NCBI GenBank assembly: GCA_013265495.1
Contig: MU058919.1
Span: forward strand, 1,488,001 to 1,552,000
From: Vicugna vicugna
Lineage: Eukaryota
Direction: 5' to 3'
Length of the DNA stretch: 64,000 nucleotides
Positions 61,474-64,000 of this stretch are shown here, piece after piece. A program made the position numbers and the translations under genes. Position 1 is the first letter of the stretch. The number at the start of each line of letters is the position of its first letter. The notes beneath the pieces were generated by a model. The model saw only the letters and a program-made list of their open reading frames with translations, was not told the DNA's origin and searched no databases.

Positions 61474-64000
61474 AGTATAAACACACCCGGGGCTTTTTCT
61501 ACAAAGGAGAGAGAAAACCTGGCAAAAATACACAAAAATCACATGCACACCATCTAGTCTCTCACAGATGGACTGACAAGATGACCTCCAAGGGGTCTCT
61601 CAAAGCTGAGGCTCCATGTCTGAGCTTGAAGTTTCTGGAAAGACTTCTACTGGCCTGGGGCACACAGGAGAAGCCGACGACACCCACACAGGCGGGGACA
61701 GGAACTCAGATCCCCCGACTGCACTCACAGGCTTTGGTCCTGCGACTCCTTGGTTAAAGGGGAACAGAAGGCTGCTGGGTGCACAGATCTAGAGCTCAAA
61801 GAAAGAAAACGCCCAGAGGAGCACAAATAGCATTTGACCTCAAATGTTCTTATTTCCATTTTTGCCCTCAAACTTGAAGGGAAATTCCCAGGGGCCCAGA
61901 TTCTGAGTGGACTACAAGCTTTCTTACGCTCAAAAGATGGAGGAGATTTACAGCCTCGGATCTCTCTATGCTGTGTTTCGAGGCTGCCTTATGGTGACAT
62001 AACCACAGCAGAATGTGGTTTCTAGAAGAGGTTAAGCACCTAAAGCACAGACCCGAGACGCAAGGCTCCTGCAGCCGCCCAGGCCAGGGCAGCAGGCCTC
62101 CAGCCAGATCGAGGCTGGCTGACTCACTCCTGGATTTCACACCTGTCTCCTTGTGCTGACGTCAGTCTGCCTCCCCTGCCCTGTGGGCTGGGTTCTGCTA
62201 GCTCGGCCTCAGGGCTGCAAGGACTCCATGCTTGATTTCGGGGTAGAAGCTCACCAGCCCTTTCAATGGGAAACTCAAGAGCGCTGAGGTGGCTGTTTGA
62301 AGGCAGCTTTATCACACTGGTCTTACGAAAAGAACACAGGTGGGAAAACGTACAGGGCAATGACGTGAGCTGCCCCACAATGGCATCATCTACTTTGAAA
62401 CGAACTGTACAGCCCCTGGCCCACAGGGGTGTCTCTTTTCCTGGATCACCAGGGTGGGGACTCAGTTCACAGCTGTGTCAGGAAGACAAGGTTCCCGGGC
62501 CTTGCCTGCTGAAGGTTCAGCCTCTGGTTGTGCCCTCTCACCTGCAATAAATCATAAAATGTCAGCTGCATCTTGGGTTCAGGGACAGCAGCACAGGACA
62601 CCAAGCACCTGAGCCAAGGCATGAGGACAAGGGTCTAGGATGGCTGGAGAGAACACTCCACTGGCCCCACTGAGGGAGGGCTGGCTCGAGGGGCTCTGGG
62701 AGAAGCCCGAGAGCCTGGTGAGTTCAGAGTACTTGCCAGGGTCCTGCTGTCACCAGCCGGGTGGGGGTGGCCCATGGCAGCTACCAATGCTTCTGCGAAG
62801 TCTTTGCTCTTATAAAAAGATGCCCACAGTGGGATCCCCAAACAGACAGCACAGGGGTATAAAAAAACAAACCCTCCAGACTGGGCACTGGCAGTGTAGA
62901 CCTCAGTTTCCCAATCTGAGGAAGCACAGACGGAGGCCCTTTCAGCTCTGAACAGACTCCCTGCTCTACCCCTGACCTCCAGGGGCATTCAGAAACATAC
63001 AGGAAAAAGCTAGTACTCACAATGGCAACAAAAACTCCGAGGAGACAGAAAGGTCAGTTTTACCCATCTCCTTCGGCTTCCTACCCGGGCCGCGGGCACG
63101 CACGGAGCATGGGAAATATGCAGCTGCCTGCCATCCACCTCTAAACCAACACGCGCAGCAAAGCTGGGCGCCATTATACACATCAGAAAATTGTCAGCTG
63201 GGAGAGCTATTCAGGAAACTGTCAATAAATTCTCATTAACCGTTAATTAACTTACACCCCACTGGGATCCTTGCTGAAGCTGGGAAAGAGCATGAGCAGA
63301 TATCCCAAGCACAGTACTCAGCTCACGGGGCGTCACAGCACTCCCCGAGTGACTGGTGGGGAAGCCGAGCTTCAGAACAGTGCCATGTCTCGCCTGTGGA
63401 CACACAGTGGGCAAACGCAGCCTGCAGTCCCAAGGCCGCGCCCTTGCAGTTGGGCCAGGCTGCCTCCTGACGACCATTTCTCCACATGGAAGGCAACCTG
63501 GCGATGCAGCATAGCGGGGGTGCCCAAGGCCAGTCTGGTAGCTGCCATTCCCTATCCTCTGGCACCACTAGGACCCCCTCCCCAGCCCATGGCAGGCGAG
63601 CCTGGGTGAGAAGGCTTCCTTTTCACTTGTCACCGTAAACAGCCATCATGTGCCAACGACACTTTGCACCTACCTCCATTCTGCACTTTATTTCAGAAAC
63701 ACTGTCTAAAACCAATCAACGGTGCAAGGAAAAATGGGAAGCACTCTGTATGGACAAATCTTGCCCTATTTTAGACATGGAAAAGTCACACCTATGACCA
63801 CAATAAATCTAAATGAATAAGTAATTACAAGCAAGTTAAAAAAAATCACACCTATGCACATCTGTATATGGGTATACGTTAAAAAATGAAAGCAAGTCTT
63901 ACTCTAGCCCATTTTGGTTAATAATCAGTTTCTCACAGGAGGCCCTGGCCCAATGATGATGTGCAGGACGGCCATCTCCGAGAGACGGGAGAAAGCGGCC

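Larger units (their letters stand above)
55873..64000 (-). other. FAM53B: FAM53B upstream intron (partial)
   Basis: Lies upstream of the acceptor at 55873. I found no sequence encoding the preceding exon (expected ...KKMSQGPTLFSCGIM) in the window. Confidence 0.8.

Noticed and set aside
44537-61889. NF-kB-like sites GGAAAATTCC (44537, 53581) and GGGAAATTCCC (61879)
   Set aside because: Isolated and far apart; this many matches is compatible with chance in 64 kb.
1-64000. tRNA, rRNA, snoRNA, miRNA hairpin, CRISPR or prokaryotic/viral insert
   Set aside because: None recognised by eye. The window is consistent with a mammalian intron throughout; an Rfam/Infernal scan would be needed to exclude small RNAs.

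Overview
Mammalian genomic DNA, GC-rich, with no recognisable Alu, B1/B2 or other young lineage SINE. I cannot name the species; it is probably not a primate or a muroid rodent. The window holds the 3' part of FAM53B (Simplet) on the minus strand: part of the upstream intron (55873-64000), a 779-nt internal coding exon (55872-55094), a 49,015-nt intron, and the last exon (363 coding nt, 6078-5716) with a ~3.7 kb 3'UTR ending near AATAAA at 1986-1981. The remainder is intronic sequence with ancient repeats (MIR, L2, L1M, MER5/33/58), simple repeats, and a few non-repeat blocks dense in homeodomain/TALE/TCF/T-box motifs. Nearly all other listed ORFs look like GC-rich noise. The best lead: back-splicing of the 779-nt exon would give a circle encoding a 229-aa frameshifted protein, the counterpart of human circFAM53B-219 as I recall it, here with no flanking Alu pair. 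Other leads are a PRE/miR-130/hairpin module at the poly(A) site, candidate developmental enhancers, a 33-nt GAT/GGT minisatellite that is YCAY-dense on the pre-mRNA strand, and CpG-rich AT-rich relics. I see no evidence of a wholly new gene system. Repeat names come from remembered consensus sequences and their boundaries are approximate.
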